DNA of 64,000 bases from a virus. Its lineage: Duplodnaviria; Caudoviricetes. Each line of letters opens with the position of its first letter. Within the stretch, counting starts at the first letter, position 1. The stretch spans positions 1-64,000 of IMG/VR virus record IMGVR_UViG_3300032213_002237; one strand, written 5' to 3'. This document shows positions 10,829 through 20,306 of the stretch, in pieces. The position numbers and the translations under genes are program-made. The notes beneath the pieces were generated by a model. The model searched no databases. It was given only the letters and a program-made list of their open reading frames with translations, and was not told the origin of the DNA.

Positions 10829-11233
10829 ATGACTATAATTAAAAAACTGTGGGTTAAGTATCGTCTATATTTACGTAGATTAGACCGAAAGGATACCGAA
10901 TTTGACATTTATATGTCTAACGTGAGGAAATGTTCCACCATATGTCGGAAACTCATTCATTCGGAAGATTCTGAACTCATAATTGCACCAATATCCGATA
11001 AGAAATATATCCGTAATGATAAATTAGGTATTTTTATTACTATGGATGGTGGACAGGTCACAGTAACCAATCATACATATAGTTATTTTATTAAATTAAA
11101 TAAAACACAATGGGATAAATTGATTAGTGCATTCCGTAGAGAAATGGAATATAGAGCAATGGAAATTGAAAAAGAACTTGAATCTCAAATTAATCACTCA
11201 CTTGATAATATTTATAATAAAATAAATTGTTAA
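10829..11233 (+). CDS. hypothetical protein
   Basis: ORF with TATATTTG element at 10802-10809. Confidence 0.75.
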   Translation: MTIIKKLWVKYRLYLRRLDRKDTEFDIYMSNVRKCSTICRKLIHSEDSELIIAPISDKKYIRNDKLGIFITMDGGQVTVTNHTYSYFIKLNKTQWDKLISAFRREMEYRAMEIEKELESQINHSLDNIYNKINC

Positions 11234-11243
11234 TACTAAAATC

Positions 11244-11489
11244 ATGTCAAAGTTAGATACACAAATTAAAAAAGTATTAAAAGAAATGTCAGAAGAACCA
11301 GAATATGGAAGACTTGATAGAAGTTTAGTACAAGACGTTATTGATAGATTACTATCAGATGAGACAGGTGGATATAGAGGTGCTTTAAAAGCATTAAATT
11401 CTGAATTTAGTACAGGACAATACTCAAGACCTGAAAGAACTTATGAACCTCTTAGACCAGGTATTAGAGTTAGTAAAAGTATTTATTAA
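11244..11489 (+). CDS. hypothetical protein with shared leader
   Basis: QIKKVLKE leader. Confidence 0.7.
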   Translation: MSKLDTQIKKVLKEMSEEPEYGRLDRSLVQDVIDRLLSDETGGYRGALKALNSEFSTGQYSRPERTYEPLRPGIRVSKSIY

Positions 11490-12223
11490 TCTAAAGCCTT
11501 TCTAATTAAAGAAATTAAGACCGATTCGTTGGTCTTTTTCTTTTTAGGTTTGTATGAAGTCATAACAGGTTTTTGACCTTTACCTGTTTGAGTATCTTTT
11601 TTTTCAGCATTTCTTTTTTGTTGACAAGCGGCTTGTTTTTGAGAATCAGACATTTTTGCTGCAACACCAACAGCTCTACATTTAGGATATCCTTTTTCAT
11701 CACCCTCAGGTCTACCACAAGGTGGATGTTTACCATCTTTTTTACGACAAATATTAACCCATGGACCTTTAGGTTGTTTACTTCCTTTTGGTTTTTTCTT
11801 AGTGCCAAACCAAACACCTAAATCTTCATTAGTCTCTTTTTTTGATTCATTCACCGAATCTACTTGATAATGTGGTTTAAGTCTCTTAAATGGAGCGTAC
11901 GCATATTCATCATCTCCTTCATCAGGAGCGTCTTGTCTATAATCTTTATCTCTAATATGTTTTGCTAATTTTTCTCTTTTTTGAATTTCTTTTTTAGATT
12001 TTTTAACATCACCATCTAAAGAATCATAATTTAAATCAGCATCAACATAATCAGATACAGGTTCAATAAATGGCATTAAATTTTTATCAAACCATTTTCT
12101 AATTCCTGGTCTAATTGGTGGTTTGTATGTACCACCAACAGTTGATGTAGTAGAGGCTTCATTTAAATATTCCTCATATTCAGTTAGTTTTTTAAGAATT
12201 TCTAAAATAACATTACTTTTCAT
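11486..12223 (-). CDS. hypothetical protein with basic Cys-containing domain (DUF5872-like)
   Basis: EDLGVWF...WVNIC...CGR...YPKCR motif; TATTTAT upstream. Confidence 0.7.
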   Translation of the reverse strand: MKSNVILEILKKLTEYEEYLNEASTTSTVGGTYKPPIRPGIRKWFDKNLMPFIEPVSDYVDADLNYDSLDGDVKKSKKEIQKREKLAKHIRDKDYRQDAPDEGDDEYAYAPFKRLKPHYQVDSVNESKKETNEDLGVWFGTKKKPKGSKQPKGPWVNICRKKDGKHPPCGRPEGDEKGYPKCRAVGVAAKMSDSQKQAACQQKRNAEKKDTQTGKGQKPVMTSYKPKKKKTNESVLISLIRKALD

Positions 12224-12264
12224 AACCAAAAAAATTGTTTATATTTACATAAATATCTAATACT

Positions 12265-12519
12265 ATGGAACATTTAGAAGAAGACGAATTAAAATCAGAA
12301 ATTATTAATGAATTAAATAACTTAACAGACGGTGGAGTATTATTCAACTCTATTGAATATAAATCATTAAATGGTCTTGAAGACTTTATTTTTAATATGA
12401 CTGATGAACAAGCAAAATTATGTTTGATTGAAGCAATTAAATATTCATTTTCAAGAGGTGTTTATTCATTAGAAGAATCTGAAGTATTATCAAAATCGAT
12501 TAGAGTTTTATCCAAATAA
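12265..12519 (+). CDS. hypothetical protein
   Basis: ORF ending at bidirectional terminator. Confidence 0.7.
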   Translation: MEHLEEDELKSEIINELNNLTDGGVLFNSIEYKSLNGLEDFIFNMTDEQAKLCLIEAIKYSFSRGVYSLEESEVLSKSIRVLSK

Positions 12520-12548
12520 AAAAAGGTCAGATTTCTCTGACCTTTTTT
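12518..12548. terminator. bidirectional intrinsic terminator
   Basis: A-run ggtcaga-tttc-tctgacc T-run between convergent genes. Confidence 0.85.
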
Positions 12549-12567
12549 ATTATCTATTAAGATAAGA

Positions 12568-14469
12568 TTATCTTAATTCATTCAAATCGAATGTACGAAC
12601 ACCATCAACGATGATACGACCATAGAAACGGTTATTAACCATCTTCTTAGCGTAACGTGTCATAATACCCTTGATAGGAGTAAAGTTGAATGGGTTATAC
12701 ATTGTTGGAGTTAATTGTAATGGTACGTATGGAGCGTAGATGTAACCAGTATCCAATAAAGAAGTACCTTTATGACCAATCAACACAGTGTTAGCTGGGA
12801 AGTATGGGTCACGGTATACTTGGTAACGACCACTTAATGTACCAACTCTCTCAATACCCATGTTGAATTGGTCTTGTTCAGGAGCCGCGTTTGATACGTG
12901 GAAGTATTCCAAGTCATCAAAGATAGCACTGATTTCAGAAGATACAACAATCCAGTTAGCTCCACCTCTTAAAGTAGACTTATGGATTTGAGCTGAAATT
13001 TGGTTGATTGCAGTAATCAACGTTTGATTCCAGTCCTTTTGAGTATAAGGAGTTGCTTGGTTGTTCAGACGCTTCCATCCGTTGTAATCCCAACGTAATG
13101 TCCAAGCCGCACCTTTACGTAAATCACGTAAAATTTCACGGTCAATTTCAGCTGCCACTTGCTCAGATAATAAAGCTGTTAATTCAGCCTCAGCATCGAT
13201 GTTGTGGAATGCTGCAACGTCTTGTGCCATTTCAGGAGACCATTGTGCTCTTAATTTTCTTTCTGTAACAGAAACAGTTACTGACTCAAGGTCGAAAGAA
13301 ACTTCACCAATTCTGTCTTCAAATTCTAACTCTTCGTAACGTCTCCAAGCTGCTAAAATGTTAGTGTAAGCGGCACCTGTACCATTGGTAGCTGCCGACC
13401 ATTGACTGTTTGTTAATGAAGAACCTGAATATCCATCAGGAGTTGATTGTCCACATGCAATACATGCAGGAACTTGAGCATCAATCTCTAAATAAATAAA
13501 TCCAGTTTGGCTACATACGTTATCATAATAACCACCGTTACCACCTGTGCTTGAATTACCAAACGCAGCTTGTTGTGAAGTATACTGAGGTCCGTACATT
13601 GCTTGACCATACTTCTGAGTTACAACACGATATAAAAGTGGTGTAAATCTGTTAGTATTCAAGTTAGATGCAACTGTTGAATTGTCAGTATAAAGTACTA
13701 AGTTAGATAAGAAAGATTCTGTATCTTGTTCTTGTCCGTCAGGACCAATTAACTTACCGATACCTGCAGTTGAGAATCCTGATAACGCAACAATAATTTT
13801 ACGATATTCAGTTGTACCTGTAGCATTTTGTCCATTAAGAGTATAACCTGATGGAATTAATGCTCCATTTGACCAAGCAACTGTTGGAGTAGCTGATGTT
13901 AAAGTAACAAATCTACCTTTAGAGTAATCAAATAAACCAGCTGGGTTAAGACCTGGCTCAGTTCCTTCATAGAACAAATCATAAAGATTCTTAGCGTAAG
14001 TTGAGTTGTAAGAACCGTTACCTGAACCGTAACCAGCGTCAGGATTTCCAGGATAGTTTCCAGGAGAACCAACTGGACCGTAATGGTCACCAGATGATAC
14101 ACCAAGACTGTCAGTAACTGAACCTCCAGAATAACCTTGGATTTGTGGTACGAAGTAGAACAATTTACCGATTGGTAAGTTCATAGCTTGTACAGAAACG
14201 ATTTCGTTAGACAATAATTTAGAGAACACACGTCTGATGATAGGGAATACCACAGTCTCGAATGAACCTGAATCTGCCGTAGAAGATGCTTCGTTAATCA
14301 AATGTGACGCTTGGTTTTCATACAATTGTGCAACATTTTCTTTTAGGTGGCCTTTAAGACCTTCAAGGAACCCTAATTTGTCCCATTTGTTTACTGTGTC
14401 TTCTTTGATAACTTTCAAGTGCTTAAGACCGATGTTACCAACTAATCCACTTTCTAATAATGCTCCCAT
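12568..14469 (-). CDS. major capsid protein (T4 gp23-like)
   Basis: VSVQAMNLPIGKLFY, RKLRAQWSPEMAQDVAAFHNIDAEAEL, YAPYVPL and GIMTRY motifs. Confidence 0.97.
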   Translation of the reverse strand: MGALLESGLVGNIGLKHLKVIKEDTVNKWDKLGFLEGLKGHLKENVAQLYENQASHLINEASSTADSGSFETVVFPIIRRVFSKLLSNEIVSVQAMNLPIGKLFYFVPQIQGYSGGSVTDSLGVSSGDHYGPVGSPGNYPGNPDAGYGSGNGSYNSTYAKNLYDLFYEGTEPGLNPAGLFDYSKGRFVTLTSATPTVAWSNGALIPSGYTLNGQNATGTTEYRKIIVALSGFSTAGIGKLIGPDGQEQDTESFLSNLVLYTDNSTVASNLNTNRFTPLLYRVVTQKYGQAMYGPQYTSQQAAFGNSSTGGNGGYYDNVCSQTGFIYLEIDAQVPACIACGQSTPDGYSGSSLTNSQWSAATNGTGAAYTNILAAWRRYEELEFEDRIGEVSFDLESVTVSVTERKLRAQWSPEMAQDVAAFHNIDAEAELTALLSEQVAAEIDREILRDLRKGAAWTLRWDYNGWKRLNNQATPYTQKDWNQTLITAINQISAQIHKSTLRGGANWIVVSSEISAIFDDLEYFHVSNAAPEQDQFNMGIERVGTLSGRYQVYRDPYFPANTVLIGHKGTSLLDTGYIYAPYVPLQLTPTMYNPFNFTPIKGIMTRYAKKMVNNRFYGRIIVDGVRTFDLNELR

Positions 14470-14496
14470 TTTTTTATAGGTTTTTTATTTTTAAGT

Positions 14497-15879
14497 TTAT
14501 TTTATTATTTTTGACATAATGTCTTTCATTCTCAAGAATTGTGGATTCTCGTAAGTTTTAGATTCAATCAAATTAACGGCTGAACCTGACTGTGGAGTTT
14601 TCTCAATAACTCTTTCGATTGACTCATTAACAAATTTCTTATTGTTGTCAATATATAATTCGTCTTTGATATTTTTATAAAGGGCTTTAGACTCTTTAAG
14701 GGATTCCGCTGAATCAAATCTTCTTAAAATGTTAATTTTTTCTTGTTTTGATGTAGAATGTTCAGTGAACAATCTTGTAGCGTAAGCAAGATTCGAATTG
14801 AATATCGCAACTTCATTAAGTTTATCTCTAAACATATTTAAAGCCTTTCTATACTCTTCGTTTTTAGCTCTCAACATTTCAACTTCTTCCATGATTTCAC
14901 GGTTTTCAAAAGTTAAATTTCTGTTAGGTGTAACACCTTTTCTTAAACCACGTCCTTTCTTAGAACCAAATCCATAAGTACGAGCAGCTTCTTTAGCTTC
15001 TTCCTTAGTGAATTTTTTTACACCATGTGGACTTGGCATTTCAAACATATCACCTTCTTTAAATTCAAATTTAGGTTTTCCTGTATGAGCAGTTGGATTA
15101 ACGGCTTTTTTCTTTTCGTTAAAACCACCTTTTGTCTTTTTGAATGTAGATGCTGTTTTAGCGTTACCTACTTTCGCAGCACCTTTACCTAATTTTGCTT
15201 TAAATGATTCCATAACAGAGTCCATTTCTTCTTCCGTGTAGAAATCTTCTTCTTCAAGTGAATCCATTTCGATTTCATAAACCATTTCTTCAGTTTCTTC
15301 TTCTTCAAGTGAATCCATTTCGATTTCGTAAACCATTTCTTCAGTTTCTTCTTCAGTTTCTTCGTTATATTCCATACTTTCATATTCTTCTTCTTCAGAT
15401 TCAGTTTGAATAAGGTATTCATCTTCTTCATCTCTTAAATGAATAAAATCACCTTCTTTTTTAATTTCAAACGTGTCGTCAGAATTCATTTGTTTGAAAG
15501 CTTTAAGAACATCTTCCATAGGACTGTCAGTCAAATCTGTAACTTCCATAGAATCAAATTCATTATCATCTTCTATGTCAGATAAATCCATCATATCGAA
15601 TCCCTCCTCGTCAGATTCCTCTTCTTCAGATTCTTCTTCTTCAGATTCATCTTCTTCAGATTCATCTTCTTCAGATTCATCTTCTTCAGATTCTTCTTCA
15701 GATTCATCTCCGATTACGAACTCCTCTTCTTCAGCCTCATTTTTCATAGACTCTTTTACTAATTCACTAATTTCTTCTTTCATTGTAGAATGAAGTATTT
15801 CTTTTGCGTTTTCATTGATAGCTTCTTCCAAATTTTGTATTTGGATTAATGCCTCTTCAACTAAGTTTTTTTCTGCCAT
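14497..15879 (-). CDS. prohead scaffold/core protein
   Basis: very acidic coiled-coil protein between protease and MCP; many L/IxE sites; EEDES repeats. Confidence 0.8.
   Translation of the reverse strand: MAEKNLVEEALIQIQNLEEAINENAKEILHSTMKEEISELVKESMKNEAEEEEFVIGDESEEESEEDESEEDESEEDESEEEESEEEESDEEGFDMMDLSDIEDDNEFDSMEVTDLTDSPMEDVLKAFKQMNSDDTFEIKKEGDFIHLRDEEDEYLIQTESEEEEYESMEYNEETEEETEEMVYEIEMDSLEEEETEEMVYEIEMDSLEEEDFYTEEEMDSVMESFKAKLGKGAAKVGNAKTASTFKKTKGGFNEKKKAVNPTAHTGKPKFEFKEGDMFEMPSPHGVKKFTKEEAKEAARTYGFGSKKGRGLRKGVTPNRNLTFENREIMEEVEMLRAKNEEYRKALNMFRDKLNEVAIFNSNLAYATRLFTEHSTSKQEKINILRRFDSAESLKESKALYKNIKDELYIDNNKKFVNESIERVIEKTPQSGSAVNLIESKTYENPQFLRMKDIMSKIIK
15615..15707. repeat. coding 15-bp tandem repeat (EEDES/EEEES)
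   Basis: ttcagattcatcttc-type units repeated about 6 times. Confidence 0.85.
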
Positions 15880-15945
15880 TTGTGCGTTATTTTATTGATA
15901 AATATATCAATATTCTAAAAAAATAACTTTTTAACATAAATGGCA

Positions 15946-15972
15946 TAAAAAAAGGGACAAAATGTCCCCTTT
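15946..15972. terminator. intrinsic terminator for minus-strand genes
   Basis: A-run gggaca-aaa-tgtccc. Confidence 0.7.
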
Positions 15973-15995
15973 TAATTTTTTTTTAAACTTTGTGA

Positions 15996-16211
15996 TTACT
16001 CAAACACTTCGTCAATTTTACTTTCACTTACTGAAGTAATTCTCCAATCATAACTAAATGATTTGTAAGCTTCAGTAACTTTAGCTTCAACATCAGTAAC
16101 AGAATAACCTTTTACAAGTTTTTCTTCTCTTACTTTTTTAATTTTTCCTGTGTTTTCATCTGGCAAATCGTATTGGATTTTAGCCACAAAGTATTTTTCG
16201 TCCATTTCCAT
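15996..16211 (-). CDS. DUF4494-like protein (Bacteroidota-type)
   Basis: YFVAKIQY...GKIKKVREEKLV...SVTDVEAKV pattern. Confidence 0.6.
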   Translation of the reverse strand: MEMDEKYFVAKIQYDLPDENTGKIKKVREEKLVKGYSVTDVEAKVTEAYKSFSYDWRITSVSESKIDEVFE

Positions 16212-16217
16212 AATTGT

Positions 16218-16937
16218 TTATTTTCCTAAATAATCGGAAAGTCTTCCCATTAAATCAAGCGATTTGTTAACTGTTCTTGATGCTTTCATTTCATTTTCTT
16301 CTTGTAGGTTCTCCTCAAACGCAAATCTTCCATCAGGTTCAGTAAATAAATAAGCTCCCGGTGTTGATGGTGAAGATACCAAGTCAAAACAAATTAATTC
16401 AAAATCATCTTGAACTTCATTTTGGTCACCTACCTTCTTTAAGGAACCTACCCCTCTTGATGATATACCTAACGTTACACCCAATCTTAATAGATTTGCT
16501 GCTTGGTCACCCTTTGTAGATACGATACCTCTTTCATGGAACCCTGGTGAAGTTAGAAGTAATAGTTTACCTAATAGAACATTACCATCCCACCACATCT
16601 CTGTAATCATGTGTGATACTCTATCTAAATCTATCAACGAAGACTCAGGGTGGTTAAGTTCTGATAAGGCAGTTTTTTTACCAATATAATTTTTTATATA
16701 GTTTTCAGATTCTCTTTTTAGAATTCTTTCAGGATATATTCTACCGTTTCTATTCGGTGTATTATATTTTTGTAGAACGGCATAGAACTCAAATGGTTTT
16801 GAATAATCTTTAAAATCCCTACTTTCTTGTAGAAATGTTTGATTATGTTTTTCTGTTGGGGAAACATAACCTGCATCCATTTCAATTAAAATACCTTTTC
16901 CCGTCTCTTTTGGACCTAATATTTTGTAATTTTGCAT
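16218..16937 (-). CDS. prohead protease (T4 gp21-like)
   Basis: NRNGRIY, ELNHP, GISSRGVGS and FDLVSSPSTPGAY motifs. Confidence 0.95.
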   Translation of the reverse strand: MQNYKILGPKETGKGILIEMDAGYVSPTEKHNQTFLQESRDFKDYSKPFEFYAVLQKYNTPNRNGRIYPERILKRESENYIKNYIGKKTALSELNHPESSLIDLDRVSHMITEMWWDGNVLLGKLLLLTSPGFHERGIVSTKGDQAANLLRLGVTLGISSRGVGSLKKVGDQNEVQDDFELICFDLVSSPSTPGAYLFTEPDGRFAFEENLQEENEMKASRTVNKSLDLMGRLSDYLGK

Positions 16938-16959
16938 TTTACCTTTTTATAGATAAATA

Positions 16960-17424
16960 CTATACAAATTCTATTTTACTTTCTTTTTTGGTTTTATCGT
17001 TTTTACTTAAATGAAAACTAAAATGATTCGATTTATTAAAAATATCAGATTCTAAACAACTAACAATTTTTTTAAGTGAATTTTTTATTTCAACAGATTT
17101 AAAATCTACAGGTTTTTTAATGAAAAAAGTAATTTCAAGATTCATAAAAGACATTTTCTTTAATGCTATTCCTGAAGTTCGTAAGTCTAAATCAACTATA
17201 AAATTGTCATAGAAAAATTCCACATCAATATAATCCCCGATAGTATTTTTTATTTGTTTATTAAAGTAAGACACAAGTCTTATCCAAGAATTTTCAATAG
17301 ATTTGGGTTCGACCCAAGATTGAATATTTAAGTATATTGATTTAAAATTTTTAGAATCCACTGTTCCATAAGAACATTTTATTTTTTTATACCCTTTAAT
17401 AGAGCAACTTTTTCCTTTTTTCAT
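16960..17424 (-). CDS. hypothetical protein
   Basis: 154-aa ORF in head module. Confidence 0.7.
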   Translation of the reverse strand: MKKGKSCSIKGYKKIKCSYGTVDSKNFKSIYLNIQSWVEPKSIENSWIRLVSYFNKQIKNTIGDYIDVEFFYDNFIVDLDLRTSGIALKKMSFMNLEITFFIKKPVDFKSVEIKNSLKKIVSCLESDIFNKSNHFSFHLSKNDKTKKESKIEFV

Positions 17425-17494
17425 TTACAACTTTTTCATATCTTCGTTTATTTATACATTAATAATAACACACAAAAATATAGTTGTCAAAAAA

Positions 17495-17680
17495 ATGTTA
17501 ATTATCACAGTTGATAAGGGCGATATTGAAAAATCCCTTAAAAAATTCAAATCAAAAGTTTTAAAAACTAAAATGATAAAGGAATTACAAGACAGAAAAG
17601 ATTATAAAAAAAAATCTGACATGAAACGTCAGATTTTAAATAATGCTATTTATAAAAATTCAAAAAATAATGAATTATAA
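17495..17680 (+). CDS. rpsU: ribosomal protein bS21
   Basis: MLII.V..GDIEKSLKKFKSK...ELQDRKDYKKKS..KR pattern of S21. Confidence 0.85.
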   Translation: MLIITVDKGDIEKSLKKFKSKVLKTKMIKELQDRKDYKKKSDMKRQILNNAIYKNSKNNEL

Positions 17681-18385
17681 ATTTTGAGTTAAATTCATTA
17701 GTTTAATATATTCTTTTTTAGAATGTTTTACATTTGTAAGTCTTTCCTTTGTTTCCAGTAAAACTTTAGTTAATTCTTCATCTGATTCTGAAATAAGAGT
17801 GTCAATTTTTTTAATTGCAGTTTCTTTTAATTCTGTAAATTTTGTTTTTAGATTTTCATCATCAGCCATTAAAATTTCTTTAACAGAATTTCTTTCAGAT
17901 TCAGTTAAGTTTTCTAAATATTTTTCAGCAGTCTTATTAGCAACTTTTAACATTGAACTAATTGGGACGTTTTGAGTTTTACTTTCTTTAATTATTGGTT
18001 TTTTACCTAAAGACTCAACAATTGATTTTTTAGCGATTGATTTTTTTTCAGGTTTTAGTAAGTCACCATAAAATAACTCATCAATTGTTTTGTATTTGTT
18101 TTCAAGAACAATATCTTTAGTCCAACTTTTAATAAAACTTACTGTATTTTCAGATAATTTAATTTGTCTAAATTCACTAGTCAAATCGTCAACTAAATAA
18201 GTTGCGGTTTCTTTATCTAATTCTTTATTTTCTTTTAAATTATCATATATTGACATTAATTTACAAAAATCACTATTTTTAAGTAATTTTCTTTCAAAAA
18301 GTCTCATATCAGTTTTAAGAGTTCCTTTAACAAAGGAATCAATTAATTTATTTTCTACTAATGTTTTTATTAATCCGAATCTCAT
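17675..18385 (-). CDS. hypothetical head-module protein
   Basis: between portal and protease; L/IxE-rich; TATTTAT upstream. Confidence 0.75.
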   Translation of the reverse strand: MRFGLIKTLVENKLIDSFVKGTLKTDMRLFERKLLKNSDFCKLMSIYDNLKENKELDKETATYLVDDLTSEFRQIKLSENTVSFIKSWTKDIVLENKYKTIDELFYGDLLKPEKKSIAKKSIVESLGKKPIIKESKTQNVPISSMLKVANKTAEKYLENLTESERNSVKEILMADDENLKTKFTELKETAIKKIDTLISESDEELTKVLLETKERLTNVKHSKKEYIKLMNLTQNL

Positions 18386-18408
18386 GTTTATATTTTTTTA
18401 TATAAATA

Positions 18409-20247
18409 TCAACTTTTAAGTAGTTTATCTAATTGATTACCCATTTCCCCTAAAGATTCTTGAACACGACTTAAATCAATTAATTCATCTTCATTTAACA
18501 TTCCTGTATTTTCTAATAATATATTAAGTTCCGAATTACGGGTATACGACCCTTCAGGTACTGTTGGTGCCGCTTCAGGTGGAGCTGGTGCTGGTGACGC
18601 CGGAGCTTCAGGTGGAGTACTTTCACCACCTCCAAAATCACTCATTCCACCATCTGGTGGAGCTCCTCCACCTTCTGATGGAGTACCAGCCGGTTCACCT
18701 TCTTTTTTACCATACAACTTATCAAGATTATCAAATAAACCTGTGTGAGTAATAACTTCAGCAGTTTTCTTAAGTTCTTCACCAACAGCTCTTTCAATAC
18801 GTTGTTGTTGTAAGTCAAGTTTAATTTCTTCATCAGAAAATCCAAGAATATGTTTCTTAGCCCATGACATAGATACTGCGGCAATACCACTACCAGGGTC
18901 AGCAACCATATCTTTATATAGAAGAATTTTTTCTTTCCATACATCAATCTTCATCAAATCAGCTTGAGTTGATGGATTTGTTAAACTTAAATTAAAGTTT
19001 GATATTTCATCTTCAAATCCTAAAATAAATAAATGTATAATTGCAATTTTATTTAATTCAGAAATCATATTTTTTTGAATTCTGTTAATAGTTCTTGCAA
19101 AACGAATATCTTGTAATGATAAGTTCTTACCATCACCAACAGTTTCTTCAAATCCTAAAAACGCTTTAGGAACACGAAGAGCTGTTAATAATTTCTTTTG
19201 AATGTACTCAATGTCGGCAATTTCTGATAAGTTCTGAGCACCTGCTAATGTTTCAATAGGACTTGCTTGTGCGGTATCTCTAACAGGAACAAAATAATCT
19301 TGGTCAACTGCCATCTGATTAAATCTCATATCAACATTACCTGTCTTATGGTCAACCGTTTGACTTCTCTTAAACTTATTGGCAAATCTTTGGATATATG
19401 GTTCAACATCAGCATCGTCCATGTTTCCAACGAATACTTTAAATACACGTCTTTCAGGTGCTCTTGATGTTCTATAAATTAACATCGCATCTTCAGATAA
19501 CAATAATTGTTTCCAAATACGACGAGCCTTTTCTAACATAGAAGTTCCGTAAGGAAGTCTTCTATCATCACCAAGTAATCTAAAGTGAGCAATTTCCCAA
19601 GTATTGAACTCTAAATCCTTTTGCTTCCATTTAAATTTCAAATGTTTCTTTTCAGGATTTGTTGTTGAATCTGTTGAGTGCGCTCCCATACCCGCCTCCA
19701 ATCGTTCAATCTCGATGATTGGTAATTGCATACATCCTATAATACCTTTTTCAGGGTCTAATTTAAGATATACAAAATTATCACCATATTTACATGTGTT
19801 TCTTATCCACATAGGTAAATTGGTATTGATGTCTAGTGCGTTATTAAACAAATCACCGAGGATTGATTTAATTCTTGATGATTCAGAATAAATTTGTAAC
19901 ATAAAACCATTTTGGTCAATGGTTGTAGATTCTTCGGCGTAAATGTCTAAAGCTGCTCCAATTTCAGGTGTAAATTCCATTGACTCATAGTCATAGAATG
20001 ATGATAATCTGGTTGGTTCATAAAAAACCGCCTGTGTGTATAGATTATTTTCAATTCTACCCCATTGGTTTGCTAAATAATATGTTTGTTGTGCCTGAAG
20101 TTTTTCTCTTTCATATTCAGACTTAGAGGTTGTTTTTAATAACTCACTCTTATCATATTTGTATGTAGGATAATCCTGTCCCAAAAGAGAATTGGGTCCA
20201 AATGTTTGGGATAACCGTTGCCATACCGTTAGTTTATTTTCACTCAT
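18409..20247 (-). CDS. portal protein (T4 gp20-like)
   Basis: SMLEKARRIWKQLLLSEDAMLIYRTSRAPERRVF, DYFVP and ALRVPKAFL motifs. Confidence 0.96.
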   Translation of the reverse strand: MSENKLTVWQRLSQTFGPNSLLGQDYPTYKYDKSELLKTTSKSEYEREKLQAQQTYYLANQWGRIENNLYTQAVFYEPTRLSSFYDYESMEFTPEIGAALDIYAEESTTIDQNGFMLQIYSESSRIKSILGDLFNNALDINTNLPMWIRNTCKYGDNFVYLKLDPEKGIIGCMQLPIIEIERLEAGMGAHSTDSTTNPEKKHLKFKWKQKDLEFNTWEIAHFRLLGDDRRLPYGTSMLEKARRIWKQLLLSEDAMLIYRTSRAPERRVFKVFVGNMDDADVEPYIQRFANKFKRSQTVDHKTGNVDMRFNQMAVDQDYFVPVRDTAQASPIETLAGAQNLSEIADIEYIQKKLLTALRVPKAFLGFEETVGDGKNLSLQDIRFARTINRIQKNMISELNKIAIIHLFILGFEDEISNFNLSLTNPSTQADLMKIDVWKEKILLYKDMVADPGSGIAAVSMSWAKKHILGFSDEEIKLDLQQQRIERAVGEELKKTAEVITHTGLFDNLDKLYGKKEGEPAGTPSEGGGAPPDGGMSDFGGGESTPPEAPASPAPAPPEAAPTVPEGSYTRNSELNILLENTGMLNEDELIDLSRVQESLGEMGNQLDKLLKS

Positions 20248-20306
20248 ACTAAAATATAAATAGTTTTAAATTAAATTAAAGTTTTTTGAAGTTTAAATAA
20301 ATATTA

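Noticed and set aside
15240-15710. 15-bp and ~48-bp repeats
   Set aside because: In-frame acidic repeats of the scaffold; the antisense poly-Ser ORF 15473..15793 is their shadow
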